Source of the DNA: Cyanobacteria bacterium P01_H01_bin.15
GTDB lineage: Bacteria; Cyanobacteriota; Cyanobacteriia; Cyanobacteriales; JAAUTE01
Length of the DNA: 38,376 nucleotides
Direction: 5' to 3'
Assembly (NCBI GenBank): GCA_038750375.1
Contig: JBCDHF010000001.1
Location: forward strand, 1-38,376
Below the pieces are notes generated by a model. That model saw only the letters and a list, made by a program, of their open reading frames with translations, made no database searches and was not told the origin of the DNA. Every line of letters starts with the position of its first letter. Position 1 is the stretch's first letter. Positions 1 through 12,754 of the stretch are shown here, piece by piece. A program made the translations under genes and the position numbers.

Positions 1-312
1 GATAGGAGTAACGTCGCCAGCAACCACTCCATAGGTAACAAGGCGAAGGTAATAGTCCATATCGCGCAGGCAAGTAGCAGTCATCTCATCGCCGTAAGCG
101 TTACCGCCAGGGGAAACTACGTCAGGACGCTTCTGGAACAACTGATCACCCGCTTGCTTAATAATGCGTTCGCGAGATTCAGTCAAAGTTTGAGCAATAC
201 GCAGGCGGCTTTCACCGCTAATAACAAAAGCCTTGATTCGCTCTAGCTCACTGGGGCTCAAATAACGAGCTTCAGCATCAGCATTCACGATAGATTTCGT
301 GACAATACTCAT
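1..312 (-). CDS. apcA: allophycocyanin alpha subunit, N-terminal ~104 aa (C-terminus lies beyond the window start)
   Basis: The reverse-strand translation from the ATG at 312 reads [30 protein letters not shown]...[36 protein letters not shown], a typical ApcA N-terminus. A GGAGGA Shine-Dalgarno lies just upstream on the minus strand (315-325). The gene sits downstream of apcE, as in apcEAB(C) clusters. It is absent from the ORF track because it runs off the window edge. Confidence 0.9.
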   Translation of the reverse strand, partial: MSIVTKSIVNADAEARYLSPSELERIKAFVISGESRLRIAQTLTESRERIIKQAGDQLFQKRPDVVSPGGNAYGDEMTATCLRDMDYYLRLVTYGVVAGDVTPI

Positions 313-346
313 TGAGGATTCCTCCAATCAAAAAGTTTATAAATTT

Positions 347-383
347 GTCAGCTAGAAGATTCAGATTTCGAATCCAAGCTGAC
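347..383 (-). other. bulged stem-loop in the apcA leader (7-bp outer stem plus 5-bp inner stem, 7-nt loop)
   Basis: GTCAGCT(347-353)/AGCTGAC(377-383) enclose GATTC(358-362)/GAATC(370-374). The structure lies 35-70 nt upstream of the apcA ATG on the transcribed strand. Confidence 0.35.
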
Positions 384-790
384 GTTCATTTCTTAGGGGT
401 AATTACCCAACTAGCAGGCAGTCTGATAGTCGATAATCTGTGGAAAATTATAACCTGATTAGGCAGTGTTAAGGGGCGAGCTAAGTAAAGTAAACCTTTG
501 AGGCAACAGAATTATCAATCATTGATAAAAGACTGGTGCTAAAACTAGAAAAAGTGAAGATCAAACGTCCTCTTTCCAAGCTCATGCAATTAATAAGAAG
601 GCTGTGACAAAGCGTCTTCAAAAAAGAGTAACTGCAGATGAAAATAACTTACTCATTATCAGATTCAACCGAGAAAAGTCGAATCTCCAAAAAGAACACA
701 AGACTGCTGATAAAACGAGAGAATATTATGAACAAGGTCGCTATTTAAAAACAAGTTTGCCTCGCGACGACTCAGGTATTGACCCTGTAG

Positions 791-827
791 AACGAAACTC
801 CATTACTGAATGTATTAGAGTTTCGTT
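791..827 (-). other. 10-bp stem-loop just downstream of the apcE stop (candidate 3'-end, processing or partial-termination structure)
   Basis: AACGAAACTC(791-800) pairs perfectly with GAGTTTCGTT(818-827) around a 17-nt loop. It lies about 40-75 nt after the apcE stop codon on the minus strand. No U-tract follows, so it is not a canonical intrinsic terminator. Confidence 0.4.
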
Positions 828-865
828 ATTGAATCATATTCTCAGCATTCAAATTTACATCAACC

Positions 866-3595
<2,730 letters not shown>

Positions 3596-3832
3596 TCAGC
3601 CTATAGAGTAAAACGATTCGCGGTTCCTGAGTGGGATTGTAAACTTTTACAACAGGTCCTTCATGCTGGGGGATGACTTAATTGAACTCACTCAATACGA
3701 AGACAGCTGGTCGCGCTTAGTGCGCTGGATAGACCAAGCGCTCATGTCACTCATAAAAATGGAAAGGTGCTCAGTCAGGGACCCATGTATCAAAGTCCAC
3801 CTCGTTGGGTGAGCGCAAATATTCAGCTCTGA

Positions 3833-5428
3833 CTATTCTGCTGTAAACGGGCGAGGTTCATAATGTTTGAAATGCTGGTAACCGGCTCGAGACATTTTTT
3901 GGATCATGACTCGACCCCGAACGTCATTGTAAGGTCGGTGGGTGATCACGGCAGCGACGTAACGCTTGCCGGTTGGCATTTCGATAATCCCCGCGTCTCC
4001 AATAATAAAACCAATATCGCCGGTTTTATTGGCGATGACGGCGTCCGACTCGAGACCTTGAGGCAGCAAGGTACGAGTTTTGGTGCGACGCATAATTTGT
4101 AAGAGACGATCGCGTGAGGAGAGAGAGAGTATTTCGCCTTGGGCGACTTTACCCAGCAGTAGCGCGAGATCTTGAGGACTTGTGGTATTGGTCCCTTCTA
4201 AATCAGGGAGCAAGTTGTTGATTTTGGTATGTTTGAGACCCCAGGTTTGGAATCGAGCATTGACGGCATCCGGTCCACCGAGTTTGTCAATAACGAGGTT
4301 GGTTGCGGTGTTGTCGCTGATGATAATCATCTTGGTGATCGTATCCAGCGAGCTAAATTTGGTACCGGCGGGATAACCTTGCATTTCTCCTGAGCCGCCG
4401 CCGATAAGTTCTTGCTTTTGGGTCAGCGGTTGATCGAGAAAGACTTTGCCCTCGTCTAATGCTTCTAAGTATGCAATCAGGATTGGAATTTTGATGGTGC
4501 TAGCAGCCGGAAAGGGCTGACTACCCGCACGATTAACATAGGCTCCGTTGTCCAAATCTAAAAAATACGCCCCGGCGTCTAAATCCGGATATTCAGCAGC
4601 GATCACGTTTAACTTTTCTTTGAGACTGTTGAGTTCACGAGTCGCAATTAAGGTTCGCTTGTCTGTCGTAGAAACTTTTGGTGCCGCTCCAGTGGCAGTC
4701 GATTGCTCCGGCTTAGCGGCGATGATCGTTTCTTCGGCTGCAGGTTGGGCGTCTTGATTGATACGGGGCAAAGTCCAGTCTCCGGGAAGTTTCTCAAGCA
4801 GGGGCAAGGCTCCGTTATAAGCTCCGGCCGCACTTTCTGTGATCGCATTTCCAGTTTGAGTCACAGAAGTGGTGAGCCAGTTCCATTGTTTGCGCAGAGG
4901 CGGATTGTTGTAGTCGATCCGGGCCAAAGTTGAGCCAGCCACGACGCTAATGCCGACCCCGAAGATGCCAATTCGCAGCAAGGTAAAAATAACTTTTTGC
5001 GGCCACTTTACCGGCTGTTTGGGGGGCGGGACGGTCGCTTGACCTTTGGGGGAAGGGCGGACGGTGTCTTGTTTAGTAGCAGAGACAGGAAAATCGAGAA
5101 TTTCAGCGCTTGGAGTAGGCGATGATGAGGAGGGAATTCGAGCATCATTGACTTCTAGCTCTTCGATACCCGGCAGCGGCGTCGGAAGTCCTTCTCCCCA
5201 GATAGATAAGTCTTCCTCTAGTTGCAGAAGATTGGCTTCGTCTAGCTCTTCAACATCGTCAACTGAGATACTATCTGGAACGTTGGTAGCCCCGAAGTCT
5301 GGCGTGGGCTGGACCCTGGATTTTTGGGGTGGTTTAGCGGCATTACCTGACTTAGATTTCTTCTTTTTAAATACTGGCTTATTGAAATTGAAGAGAGCGA
5401 TCGTTTTTTTGGGACGAGTTGAGGTCAT
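3833..5428 (-). CDS. membrane-anchored class A beta-lactamase-fold serine hydrolase with a long disordered N-terminal region
   Basis: Three motifs are present in the correct order: SxxK (AASTIKIPIL), SDN (IISDNTATN) and KTG (NKTGDIG). One TM segment (IFTLLRIGIFGVGISVVAGS) follows about 165 aa of K/P/S/E-rich sequence. The ORF track opens at a TTG at 5440, and the first ATG is at 5428 (MTSTRPKK). Confidence 0.8.
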   Translation of the reverse strand: MTSTRPKKTIALFNFNKPVFKKKKSKSGNAAKPPQKSRVQPTPDFGATNVPDSISVDDVEELDEANLLQLEEDLSIWGEGLPTPLPGIEELEVNDARIPSSSSPTPSAEILDFPVSATKQDTVRPSPKGQATVPPPKQPVKWPQKVIFTLLRIGIFGVGISVVAGSTLARIDYNNPPLRKQWNWLTTSVTQTGNAITESAAGAYNGALPLLEKLPGDWTLPRINQDAQPAAEETIIAAKPEQSTATGAAPKVSTTDKRTLIATRELNSLKEKLNVIAAEYPDLDAGAYFLDLDNGAYVNRAGSQPFPAASTIKIPILIAYLEALDEGKVFLDQPLTQKQELIGGGSGEMQGYPAGTKFSSLDTITKMIIISDNTATNLVIDKLGGPDAVNARFQTWGLKHTKINNLLPDLEGTNTTSPQDLALLLGKVAQGEILSLSSRDRLLQIMRRTKTRTLLPQGLESDAVIANKTGDIGFIIGDAGIIEMPTGKRYVAAVITHRPYNDVRGRVMIQKMSRAGYQHFKHYEPRPFTAE

Positions 5429-5965
5429 TGTCAGTAACAAATTTACGTAAAAGTTTGAATAAAATCAGTGGCGTTTATAGCAATCGCCGCCTTCATAAGA
5501 TGGGGGCGATTGCCAGAAAGCTCTGGGATTGGGCGACTCAAAATCAGAAGTGCCCCCAGCGATCTGCAAAAAAGGGGATTAAATCGCGCACTGCCGTTTA
5601 ACGCTGAATAGAAAAAGCAGCCTGGGCGTTCCGGACGGGTACTTGACATCGTCGGTTCCGCCGACGTTTGAGTCTCTGCCTCTATAGAAAATTCGTGACC
5701 TTGCGTAGTTCCTGGCACCAAAGAAATCGCTAAGGTTGTAAGCGGGTTTATTCTGCCTCGAGCTTCGGATTTTTAACTCATTGCATATAGAAAGCAAGGG
5801 GCAAGTTAGGACATTGTTCAGTTAAAGCCCTAAAGCATAAACTATCTTGTCCTCAATGGCGCCCTAACTCAGTCTTCGGCTGCTATATTTCCGCTGCTGA
5901 GATTTCGCGAATATGGGCTGATGCCGAAGATACTCATAACCGAGGCGCACCTCGGCTGAGGTCTG

Positions 5966-7732
5966 ATGGAACCCCTCACCTGTTCCCCCAGTCCCCCCAA
6001 TCAGCGTAAGATATCAGGATTTTTGGGGATGCAACTGCAAAATCGACGGTACGATCAAAAATCATCTCTAACGGCTGCTATGTGTGCCGATCTTTTTCGC
6101 CTCAACAATCTCCGCATCGCCTATCCCCAAGCGGAGACCGACCCTCAAACAGTTCACTGGTCCGTAGACGACGTTTCTATTTCCCTTAATCCTGGCGATC
6201 GTTTAGGCCTTGTCGGGGAGTCCGGCTGCGGTAAATCAACTTTAGGTCGCGCAGCTATGCGGCTCCTTCCGCGCGGCACCCAGGTTGAAGGCTCTGTTTA
6301 TTTCAAGGGTGAATCTGTTTTTGAGCTAACTACCAGTCAACTTCGAGAATTTCGCGGCGAAGTCGTCGCCCTGGTCTTCCAAGACCCCATGACCCGCCTC
6401 GACCCGCTTATGACCATAGGCGAGCACTGTTTGGAGACTGTCTTGGCACACAATCCCCAACTCTCCAAAGCTGCGGCCAAAGAAAAAGCGGTCCAAACCC
6501 TGGCCGCCGTCAAAATCCCCGCAGACCGCTGGAATCAATATCCCCATGAATTTAGCGGCGGCATGCGGCAAAGAGTTGCGATCGCATTAGCCTTGGTCCT
6601 TAACCCCAAAGTGATTGTGGCTGATGAGCCTACTACAGCGCTAGATGTCACCGTCGCGGCTGAAATTTTACAAGAACTGACTCGTCTCTGCACCGAACGA
6701 GGCGTCGGACTTCTGCTGATTTCTCACGACCTGGCTATGGTTGGGCAATACTGCGATCGCTTAGCGGTAATGTACCAAGGCAAACTGGTCGAAACAGGCA
6801 ACGCCAAAGAAATTTTCCGCAATCCGCAGCATCCCTATACCCAATCTCTGCTTACGGCAGCGCTTCATATTAGCGTTGATGAAGAAGCGCCTCTTATCGA
6901 AGAAATTTCCAGCGCTCCCATTTTGCTCGAAGCGAAAGAGCTCCAGCAACACTACGTCCTAGAAAGCAACTTTTTACAGCAGCTCCTAGGTGGCGGCAAG
7001 CAAGTGATTAAAGCGGTCGATAACGTTAATTTTTCTCTCTATAAGGGCGAAATTCTCGGGCTGGTCGGCGAATCTGGTTGCGGAAAAAGCACCCTTTCTC
7101 GCACCCTCTTGCAACTAGTTCGCCCCACGTATGGCCAAGTCATTTTTGCCGATCAAGATCTAGCAGCGTTGCCCGAAAATCAACTGCGACCACTCCGACG
7201 GGAGCTTCAAATGGTCTTCCAAGACCCCCACGCTTGTCTCAATCCTCGAATGAACGTTGCTGAAAGCATCGCTGACCCCCTTATTGTCCACGGACTTGCG
7301 ACCCCTGAAAGGGCCCAAGTCAAAGTTTCGGAAATGCTGACCCGGGTGGGATTAACTCCGATTGAAGAATATAGTAAACGCTATCCCAAAGACCTCTCTG
7401 GCGGACAACAACAGCGGGTTGCGATCGCAAGGGCTCTGATTACCCATCCTCAGCTAGTCATTTGTGACGAACCGGTCAGTATGCTCGATGCAAGCGTCCA
7501 GTCTCAAGTTTTAGAGCTAATGCTGGAACTTAAAGAAGAATTTGATCTAACTTATTTATTCATTACTCACGATCTGTGGGTTGCTCGCTTCTTTTGCGAT
7601 CGCATCGCAGTCATGAACAAAGGTCAGATTGTTGAACTCGGTCCCACCGAACAAATTTTTCGACAACCGCAAGACCCCTATACTCAATCTCTCTTGAAGG
7701 CCGCTCCCCTGCTAGACTTTGCCAGTCCATAA
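5966..7732 (+). CDS. ABC transporter ATP-binding protein with two fused ATPase domains (DppD/DppF- or OppD/OppF-like)
   Basis: There are two Walker A motifs (GESGCGKST twice), two ABC signatures ([16 protein letters not shown]) and two Walker B motifs ([24 protein letters not shown]). [10 protein letters not shown] and [10 protein letters not shown] tails typical of oligopeptide-type ATPases are also present. A GAGG lies 4 nt upstream of the ATG at 5966. Internal ATGs at 6029 and 6080 are alternative starts. Confidence 0.85.
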   Translation: MEPLTCSPSPPNQRKISGFLGMQLQNRRYDQKSSLTAAMCADLFRLNNLRIAYPQAETDPQTVHWSVDDVSISLNPGDRLGLVGESGCGKSTLGRAAMRLLPRGTQVEGSVYFKGESVFELTTSQLREFRGEVVALVFQDPMTRLDPLMTIGEHCLETVLAHNPQLSKAAAKEKAVQTLAAVKIPADRWNQYPHEFSGGMRQRVAIALALVLNPKVIVADEPTTALDVTVAAEILQELTRLCTERGVGLLLISHDLAMVGQYCDRLAVMYQGKLVETGNAKEIFRNPQHPYTQSLLTAALHISVDEEAPLIEEISSAPILLEAKELQQHYVLESNFLQQLLGGGKQVIKAVDNVNFSLYKGEILGLVGESGCGKSTLSRTLLQLVRPTYGQVIFADQDLAALPENQLRPLRRELQMVFQDPHACLNPRMNVAESIADPLIVHGLATPERAQVKVSEMLTRVGLTPIEEYSKRYPKDLSGGQQQRVAIARALITHPQLVICDEPVSMLDASVQSQVLELMLELKEEFDLTYLFITHDLWVARFFCDRIAVMNKGQIVELGPTEQIFRQPQDPYTQSLLKAAPLLDFASP

Positions 7733-7760
7733 AGGCGGAGCATCACGAATCGATTAATCC

Positions 7761-7797
7761 AAAAAGAAAGCCTCCCAGTAACGGGAGGCTTTTCTCA
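7761..7797. terminator. bidirectional intrinsic terminator shared by the convergent ABC ATPase gene and psaB
   Basis: AAAGCCTCCC(7767-7776) pairs with GGGAGGCTTT(7783-7792) around a 6-nt loop. The stem is flanked by an A-rich run upstream and TTTTCTC downstream, so a U-tract follows the stem on both strands. Confidence 0.65.
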
Positions 7798-7821
7798 TAA
7801 TTGGAAATTTAAATGGAAACG

Positions 7822-10023
7822 CTATCCAAATTTCCCGGATGTTGACGCAATTAGAAAGGCTGCATAGGTAACAAAGAAGCCAATTGCGAAGTGAGCCAAA
7901 CCAATCAAACGGCCTTGAACGATGGACATTGCGACTGGCTTGTCCTTCCAGCGAACCAGTTGAGCCAGCGGCGTACGCTCGTGAGCCCAAACTAAAGTTT
8001 CGATGAGTTCCTGCCAGTAACCACGCCAAGAGATCAAGAACATGAAGCCAGTTGCCCAAACCAGGTGCCCAAAGAGGAACATCCAAGCCCAAACAGACAA
8101 GTTATTCATGCCGTAGGGATTGTAGCCGTTAATCAACTGGGCCGAGTTTGCCCAGAGATAATCGCGGAACCAGCCCATCAGGTAAGTGGAGTTCTCGTTG
8201 AACTGCGCAACATTGCCTTGCCAAACGCCTAAGTGCTTCCAATGCCAGTAGAAAGTCAACCAAGCAATGGTATTTAGCATCCAGAAAGCCGCCAAGTAAA
8301 CAGAGTCCCAAGCAGAGATATCACAAGTACCGCCACGACCAGGACCGTCACAAGGGAAAGCAAAACCGAAGTCTTTCTTGTCCGGCATTAGCTTAGAACC
8401 GCGAGCATCTAGTGCACCTTTGACCAGAATCAAAGTGGTGGTGTGTAGACCTAACGCGATCGCATGGTGAACTAAAAAGTCACCCGGACCGATGGTCAAG
8501 AAAAGAGAGTTGCTACCGCTATTGATGGCATCTATCCAGCCAGGAAGCCATGGTGCAGAAGCACTAGCTGCCACACTGCCGGAGTTCGACAGAAGCGCAT
8601 CAAAACCGTACAGAGCTTTGCCTTGAGCAGCTTGAACGAACTGAGCAAACACAGGCTCAATCAAAAGTTGCTTTTCAGGGGTGCCGAAAGCTACCACCAC
8701 GTCATTATGAACATACAGCCCCAACGTGTGGAAACCGAGGAACAAAGAAACCCAGCTCAAGTGGGAAATAATTGCCTCTTTGTGGTCCAGTACACGAGCC
8801 AATACGTTGTCTTTATTCTGCTCAGGGTCGTAGTCACGAACGAGGAAAATCGCACCGTGAGCAAACGCGCCCAGCATGATAAAACCAGCGATGTACTGAT
8901 GGTGAGTGTACAGAGCAGCTTGCGTTGTATATGCCTTGCTAATAAATGCATAAGACGGCAAGGAATACATATGCTGCGCAACCAAAGAAGTCACGACTCC
9001 AACGGAAGCTAGCGCCAATGCCAACTGAAAATGCAAGGAGTTATTCAACGTATCGTAAAGACCACTGTGAGCATTGCCCAATTTACCGGAAGGTGGTTGG
9101 TGCGCGGACAAAATCTCACGGATGTTATGTCCAATGCCAAAGTTGGTACGGTACATATGGCCGGCAATGATGAAAACCACTGCGATCGCCAAATGGTGAT
9201 GAGCAATATCCGTTAGCCATAAAGACTCAGTTTGGGGATGAAAACCACCCAAGAACGTCAAAATAGCAGTACCTGCACCTTCAGAAGTCCCGAAAACATG
9301 GCTCGCCGTATCTGGATTCTGAGCGTAAACGCCCCAATTACCAGTAAAGAACGGAGCCAAGCCCGCAGGGTGAGGTGGTGTGGTCAAGAAGTTATCCCAA
9401 CCAACATGCTGACCACGAGACTCAGGAATAGCCACATGTACCAAGTGACCAGTCCAAGCCAATGAGCTAACCCCGAATAAACCAGCCAAGTGGTGGTTCA
9501 GGCGAGACTCTGCGTTCTTAAACCAAGACAAGCTCGGGCGAAACTTGGGCTGGAGGTGTAACCAACCAGCGAACAAGAACAGAGAAGACAGAATCAGCAG
9601 AAAAACTGCGCCTTGATACAGGTCAGCATTGGTCGTCATACCAATGGTGTAGAACCAGTGATAAACGCCAGAGTAGGCGATATTAACTGGATTAGATGCG
9701 CCCCCTTGGGTAAACGCATCAATCGCCGCTTCGCCAAAATGCGGATCCCAAATTGCATGGGCAATGGGACTGATGTTTAGCGGATCTTTGATCCACTGCT
9801 CAAAGTTACCTTGCCAGGCCACATGGAACAGGGTGCCTGAAGTCCACAAGAAAATGATTGCCAAATGACCAAAGTGGGAAGCAAAAATCTTTTGATAAAG
9901 ATTCTCTTCCGTCATGCCATCGTGGGTCTCAAAATCATGGGCCGTAGCAATCCCGTACCAAATCCGCCGAGTAGTTGGATCTTGGGCGAGGTCCTGGCTA
10001 AATTTTGGAAATTTAGTTGCCAT
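7822..10023 (-). CDS. psaB: photosystem I P700 chlorophyll a apoprotein A2
   Basis: The translation reads [32 protein letters not shown]...[18 protein letters not shown] (FX cluster loop)...[13 protein letters not shown]. The ORF track extends 30 codons further upstream to 10113, but the canonical PsaB N-terminus begins at the ATG at 10023, giving 733 aa. Confidence 0.95.
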   Translation of the reverse strand: MATKFPKFSQDLAQDPTTRRIWYGIATAHDFETHDGMTEENLYQKIFASHFGHLAIIFLWTSGTLFHVAWQGNFEQWIKDPLNISPIAHAIWDPHFGEAAIDAFTQGGASNPVNIAYSGVYHWFYTIGMTTNADLYQGAVFLLILSSLFLFAGWLHLQPKFRPSLSWFKNAESRLNHHLAGLFGVSSLAWTGHLVHVAIPESRGQHVGWDNFLTTPPHPAGLAPFFTGNWGVYAQNPDTASHVFGTSEGAGTAILTFLGGFHPQTESLWLTDIAHHHLAIAVVFIIAGHMYRTNFGIGHNIREILSAHQPPSGKLGNAHSGLYDTLNNSLHFQLALALASVGVVTSLVAQHMYSLPSYAFISKAYTTQAALYTHHQYIAGFIMLGAFAHGAIFLVRDYDPEQNKDNVLARVLDHKEAIISHLSWVSLFLGFHTLGLYVHNDVVVAFGTPEKQLLIEPVFAQFVQAAQGKALYGFDALLSNSGSVAASASAPWLPGWIDAINSGSNSLFLTIGPGDFLVHHAIALGLHTTTLILVKGALDARGSKLMPDKKDFGFAFPCDGPGRGGTCDISAWDSVYLAAFWMLNTIAWLTFYWHWKHLGVWQGNVAQFNENSTYLMGWFRDYLWANSAQLINGYNPYGMNNLSVWAWMFLFGHLVWATGFMFLISWRGYWQELIETLVWAHERTPLAQLVRWKDKPVAMSIVQGRLIGLAHFAIGFFVTYAAFLIASTSGKFG

Positions 10024-10231
10024 AGCTCTTCTGTTAAGGAAATTCCTTTTGCTGAGCAAGCTGAATTCGAATAAATCCAACTCACTTTCTTCAAAAATTG
10101 CCGACTTCTTCACGGTCTAGCGTAACAAGTCGGACTCGATGGTTCTGCTAGACACCCGACATTTCTCAATTCAATTATTGAAACCTGCCGAGTATCTACA
10201 GTTCATCGTCGAATCGGGACAATTACCCTTC

Positions 10232-12496
10232 CTAACCGACCGAGAGAATACGGGCTAAGAAAAAGGACCAGGTTGTCACAATCCCACCCAATAAGTAGTG
10301 AGCGACACCAACAGCACGACCCTGAGTAATACTCAAAGCGCGAGGTTGAATAGCCGGCGCAACCTTCAGTTTGTTGTGAGCCCAAACAATAGACTCAATT
10401 AATTCCTGCCAGTAGCCACGACCACTGAAGAGGAACATCAAACTAAATGCCCAGATAAAGTGAGCTGCCAAAAACATCAGGCCATAAGCTGATAGGGCAG
10501 AGCCGTAGGAAGTAATAACAGCAGAGGCTTGGGACCACAAGAAGTCTCTGAGCCAGCCGTTGATACAAATGGAGCTGTTCGCAAAGTTGCCATAGGTGAT
10601 ATGGGCGACACTTCCATCTGGAGAGACCGTACCCCATACATCAGACTGCATTTTCCAACTGAAGTGGAAAATTACGATCGACAAGGAGTTGTACATCCAG
10701 AACAGACCCAAGAAAACATGATCCCAGGCAGAGTTCTGACAAGTACCACCACGACCAGGACCATCGCAAGGGAATCGGAAACCCAATTCAGCTTTATCAG
10801 GAATCAAACGAGAGTTCCGTGCATAAAGCACTCCTTTCAACAGAATCAATACTGTTACGTGGATAGTAAAGGCATGGATATGGTGAACCATGAAGTCAGC
10901 CGTTCCAAGAGCAATGGGCATCATTGCGACCTTGCCACCGACTGCTATGACGCCACCGCCAAATGCATAGCTGACGGGCTCCATTGCACTGGGTGCGGTG
11001 CCACCAGGTGCCAAAGTATGCAGACTCTGCACCCACTGGGCAAAGATAGGCTGCAACTGAATCGCCGTATCAGAGAACATGTCTTGAGGGCGGCCCAGGG
11101 CACGCATGGTGTCGTTGTGAATGTATAGACCGAAGCTATGAAAGCCCAGGAAAATACAAACCCAGTTCAAATGGGAAATGATGGCATCGCGAGAGCGAAT
11201 CATCCGGTCGAGGGCATTATCGACATTTTTCGCTGGGTCGTAATCACGAACCATGAAAATAGCCGCATGGGCTGCAGCACCAACCACCAAAAAACCGCCA
11301 ATCCACATATGGTGCGTGAACAGAGACAGCTGAGTCCCGTAGTCCGTCGCAAGGTAGGGATAAGGCGGCATCGCATACATATGCTGAGCCACGATGATGG
11401 TCAAAGAACCGAGTAATGCCAAATTAACCGCTAATTGAGCATGCCAGGAAGTCGTCAAGATCTCATAAAGACCATCATGACCTTTACCGCCGAACAGTAG
11501 AGGATCACCTTTATGTCCTTCAAGTATCTCTTTCAGACTGTGACCAATACCCCAGTTAGTGCGGTACATATGACCCGCAATCAGGAATAAAACCGCGATC
11601 GCAAGGTGGTGGTGAGCCGTGTCAGACAACCAGAGACCTCCAGTAGTGGGATTTAAGCCACCCTTGAAAGTCAAAAAGTCTGCATAAGCACCCCAATTAA
11701 GCGTGAAGAAGGGCTTTAGACCTTCCGCAAAACTGGGATATAGTTCCGCCATCAAGCTGCGATTCAATATGAATTCGTGGGGAAGTGGAATATCGCCCGG
11801 TGCGACACCAGCATCCAGCAGCTTATTAACAGGTAAAGAAACGTGAATTTGGTGCCCTGCCCAAGACAGGGAACCCAGACCCAACAATCCTGCTAAATGG
11901 TGGTTCAGCATAGATTCCACATTTTGGAACCACTCAAGTTTGGGTGCCTTTTTGTGGTAGTGGAACCAGCCCGCAAAAATCATCAACGCAGCCATTACTA
12001 AGCCGCCAATTGCGGTCGCAAAAAGCTGAGTCTCGTTGGTGATTCCGGATGCACGCCACAACTGGAAAAAGCCTGACGTGATTTGGATGCCGTGGAAGCC
12101 GCCTCCGACATCAGCATTTAGAATATCTTGCCCAACGATGGGCCAGACAGTTTGAGCACTTGGCTTAATGGTGAGCGGATCGCTCAACCAAGCTTCATAG
12201 TTAGAAAAACGAGCGCCATGGAAATACATGCCGCTCAACCAAACAAAAACCACAGCCAAATGACCGAAGTGTGCGCTAAAAATTTTGCGCGAAATATCTT
12301 CTAAATCACTGGTCTGGCTATCAAAATCATGGGCATCCGCATGCAGGTTCCAAATCCAGGTGGTGGTTTTGGGACCTTTAGCTAGAGTACGGTCGAAATG
12401 ACCCGGCTTTGCCCACTTCTCAAAAGAAGTTGGCACCGGATTTTCATCGACAATCACTCTAACTTTTGCTTCGCCCTCTGGAGGACTAATTGTCAT
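10232..12496 (-). CDS. psaA: photosystem I P700 chlorophyll a apoprotein A1
   Basis: The translation reads [59 protein letters not shown]...[30 protein letters not shown]...[10 protein letters not shown], 754 aa. A GAGGAGAA Shine-Dalgarno lies upstream of the ATG at 12496. The gene is followed by a 208-nt spacer and then psaB, as in the canonical psaAB operon. Confidence 0.97.
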   Translation of the reverse strand: MTISPPEGEAKVRVIVDENPVPTSFEKWAKPGHFDRTLAKGPKTTTWIWNLHADAHDFDSQTSDLEDISRKIFSAHFGHLAVVFVWLSGMYFHGARFSNYEAWLSDPLTIKPSAQTVWPIVGQDILNADVGGGFHGIQITSGFFQLWRASGITNETQLFATAIGGLVMAALMIFAGWFHYHKKAPKLEWFQNVESMLNHHLAGLLGLGSLSWAGHQIHVSLPVNKLLDAGVAPGDIPLPHEFILNRSLMAELYPSFAEGLKPFFTLNWGAYADFLTFKGGLNPTTGGLWLSDTAHHHLAIAVLFLIAGHMYRTNWGIGHSLKEILEGHKGDPLLFGGKGHDGLYEILTTSWHAQLAVNLALLGSLTIIVAQHMYAMPPYPYLATDYGTQLSLFTHHMWIGGFLVVGAAAHAAIFMVRDYDPAKNVDNALDRMIRSRDAIISHLNWVCIFLGFHSFGLYIHNDTMRALGRPQDMFSDTAIQLQPIFAQWVQSLHTLAPGGTAPSAMEPVSYAFGGGVIAVGGKVAMMPIALGTADFMVHHIHAFTIHVTVLILLKGVLYARNSRLIPDKAELGFRFPCDGPGRGGTCQNSAWDHVFLGLFWMYNSLSIVIFHFSWKMQSDVWGTVSPDGSVAHITYGNFANSSICINGWLRDFLWSQASAVITSYGSALSAYGLMFLAAHFIWAFSLMFLFSGRGYWQELIESIVWAHNKLKVAPAIQPRALSITQGRAVGVAHYLLGGIVTTWSFFLARILSVG

Positions 12497-12754
12497 GAGG
12501 GTTCTCCTCTCTCGACAATGAACTTAAAGTTTCAAAACAATTTAGCTTGCTCAACCGAAAAACAAGGAAGACATTGATCTTCTTAGTCTTAAGATTTTTG
12601 CAATATGCCCATCCTAAAAATTCAGGACTAGGTTTTGCTAGTAATACTGATAATAAGGGCTGACTTTCCCCGACTCAGATTATGCTTAACAATTTTTAAA
12701 TGGGTCCAACAGTATGCCGCAAGGGGGTTTCGGGAGCACTCCATCGAGGGGCTA

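Noticed and set aside
347-383. Possible tRNA or tRNA fragment, suggested by TTCGAATCC and a 7-bp acceptor-like stem.
   Set aside because: It is only 37 nt long and has no D-arm or anticodon arm. The loop is AGATTTC or GAAATCT rather than a T-loop, and extra bases separate the two helices. I kept it only as a generic leader hairpin.
512-528. Fur box call for the TTATCAATCATTGATAA palindrome.
   Set aside because: It shares only the AATCATT core with the GATAATGATAATCATTATC consensus, and the arm sequences differ. I report it only as an unassigned palindrome.
5046-5450. 134-aa plus-strand ORF antisense to the 5' part of the serine hydrolase gene.
   Set aside because: Its Ser- and Gly-rich translation mirrors the low-complexity K/P/S/E region on the opposite strand. 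There is no ribosome-binding site or recognisable domain.
5590-5640. Possible SRP (4.5S) RNA, because of AAGCAGCC and CCGGA strings.
   Set aside because: The conserved domain IV sequence (GGAAGGAAGCAGCC with the matching 5' strand) and the long closing helix are both absent.
7754-8092. 112-aa minus-strand ORF overlapping the 3' end of psaB and the terminator.
   Set aside because: It is out of frame with the confidently identified psaB C-terminus and spans the bidirectional terminator hairpin.
10529-11128. 199-aa plus-strand ORF, plus several 60-130-aa ORFs on either strand inside psaA and psaB (for example 8623-9012 and 11138-11416).
   Set aside because: They lie wholly within the highly conserved psaA and psaB coding sequences in other frames or antisense. 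Their products are low-complexity or implausible, and they have no start context. They are by-products of codon bias in long genes.
10232-12496. Slightly unusual residues in PsaA (TCQNSAWD and SSICINGW versus the more common QVS and SAITINGW contexts), considered as a hint of a specialised PSI paralogue.
   Set aside because: All the cofactor-binding hallmarks I can recognise are present. The protein length is canonical, and psaB shows no parallel divergence. The differences are most likely ordinary lineage variation.
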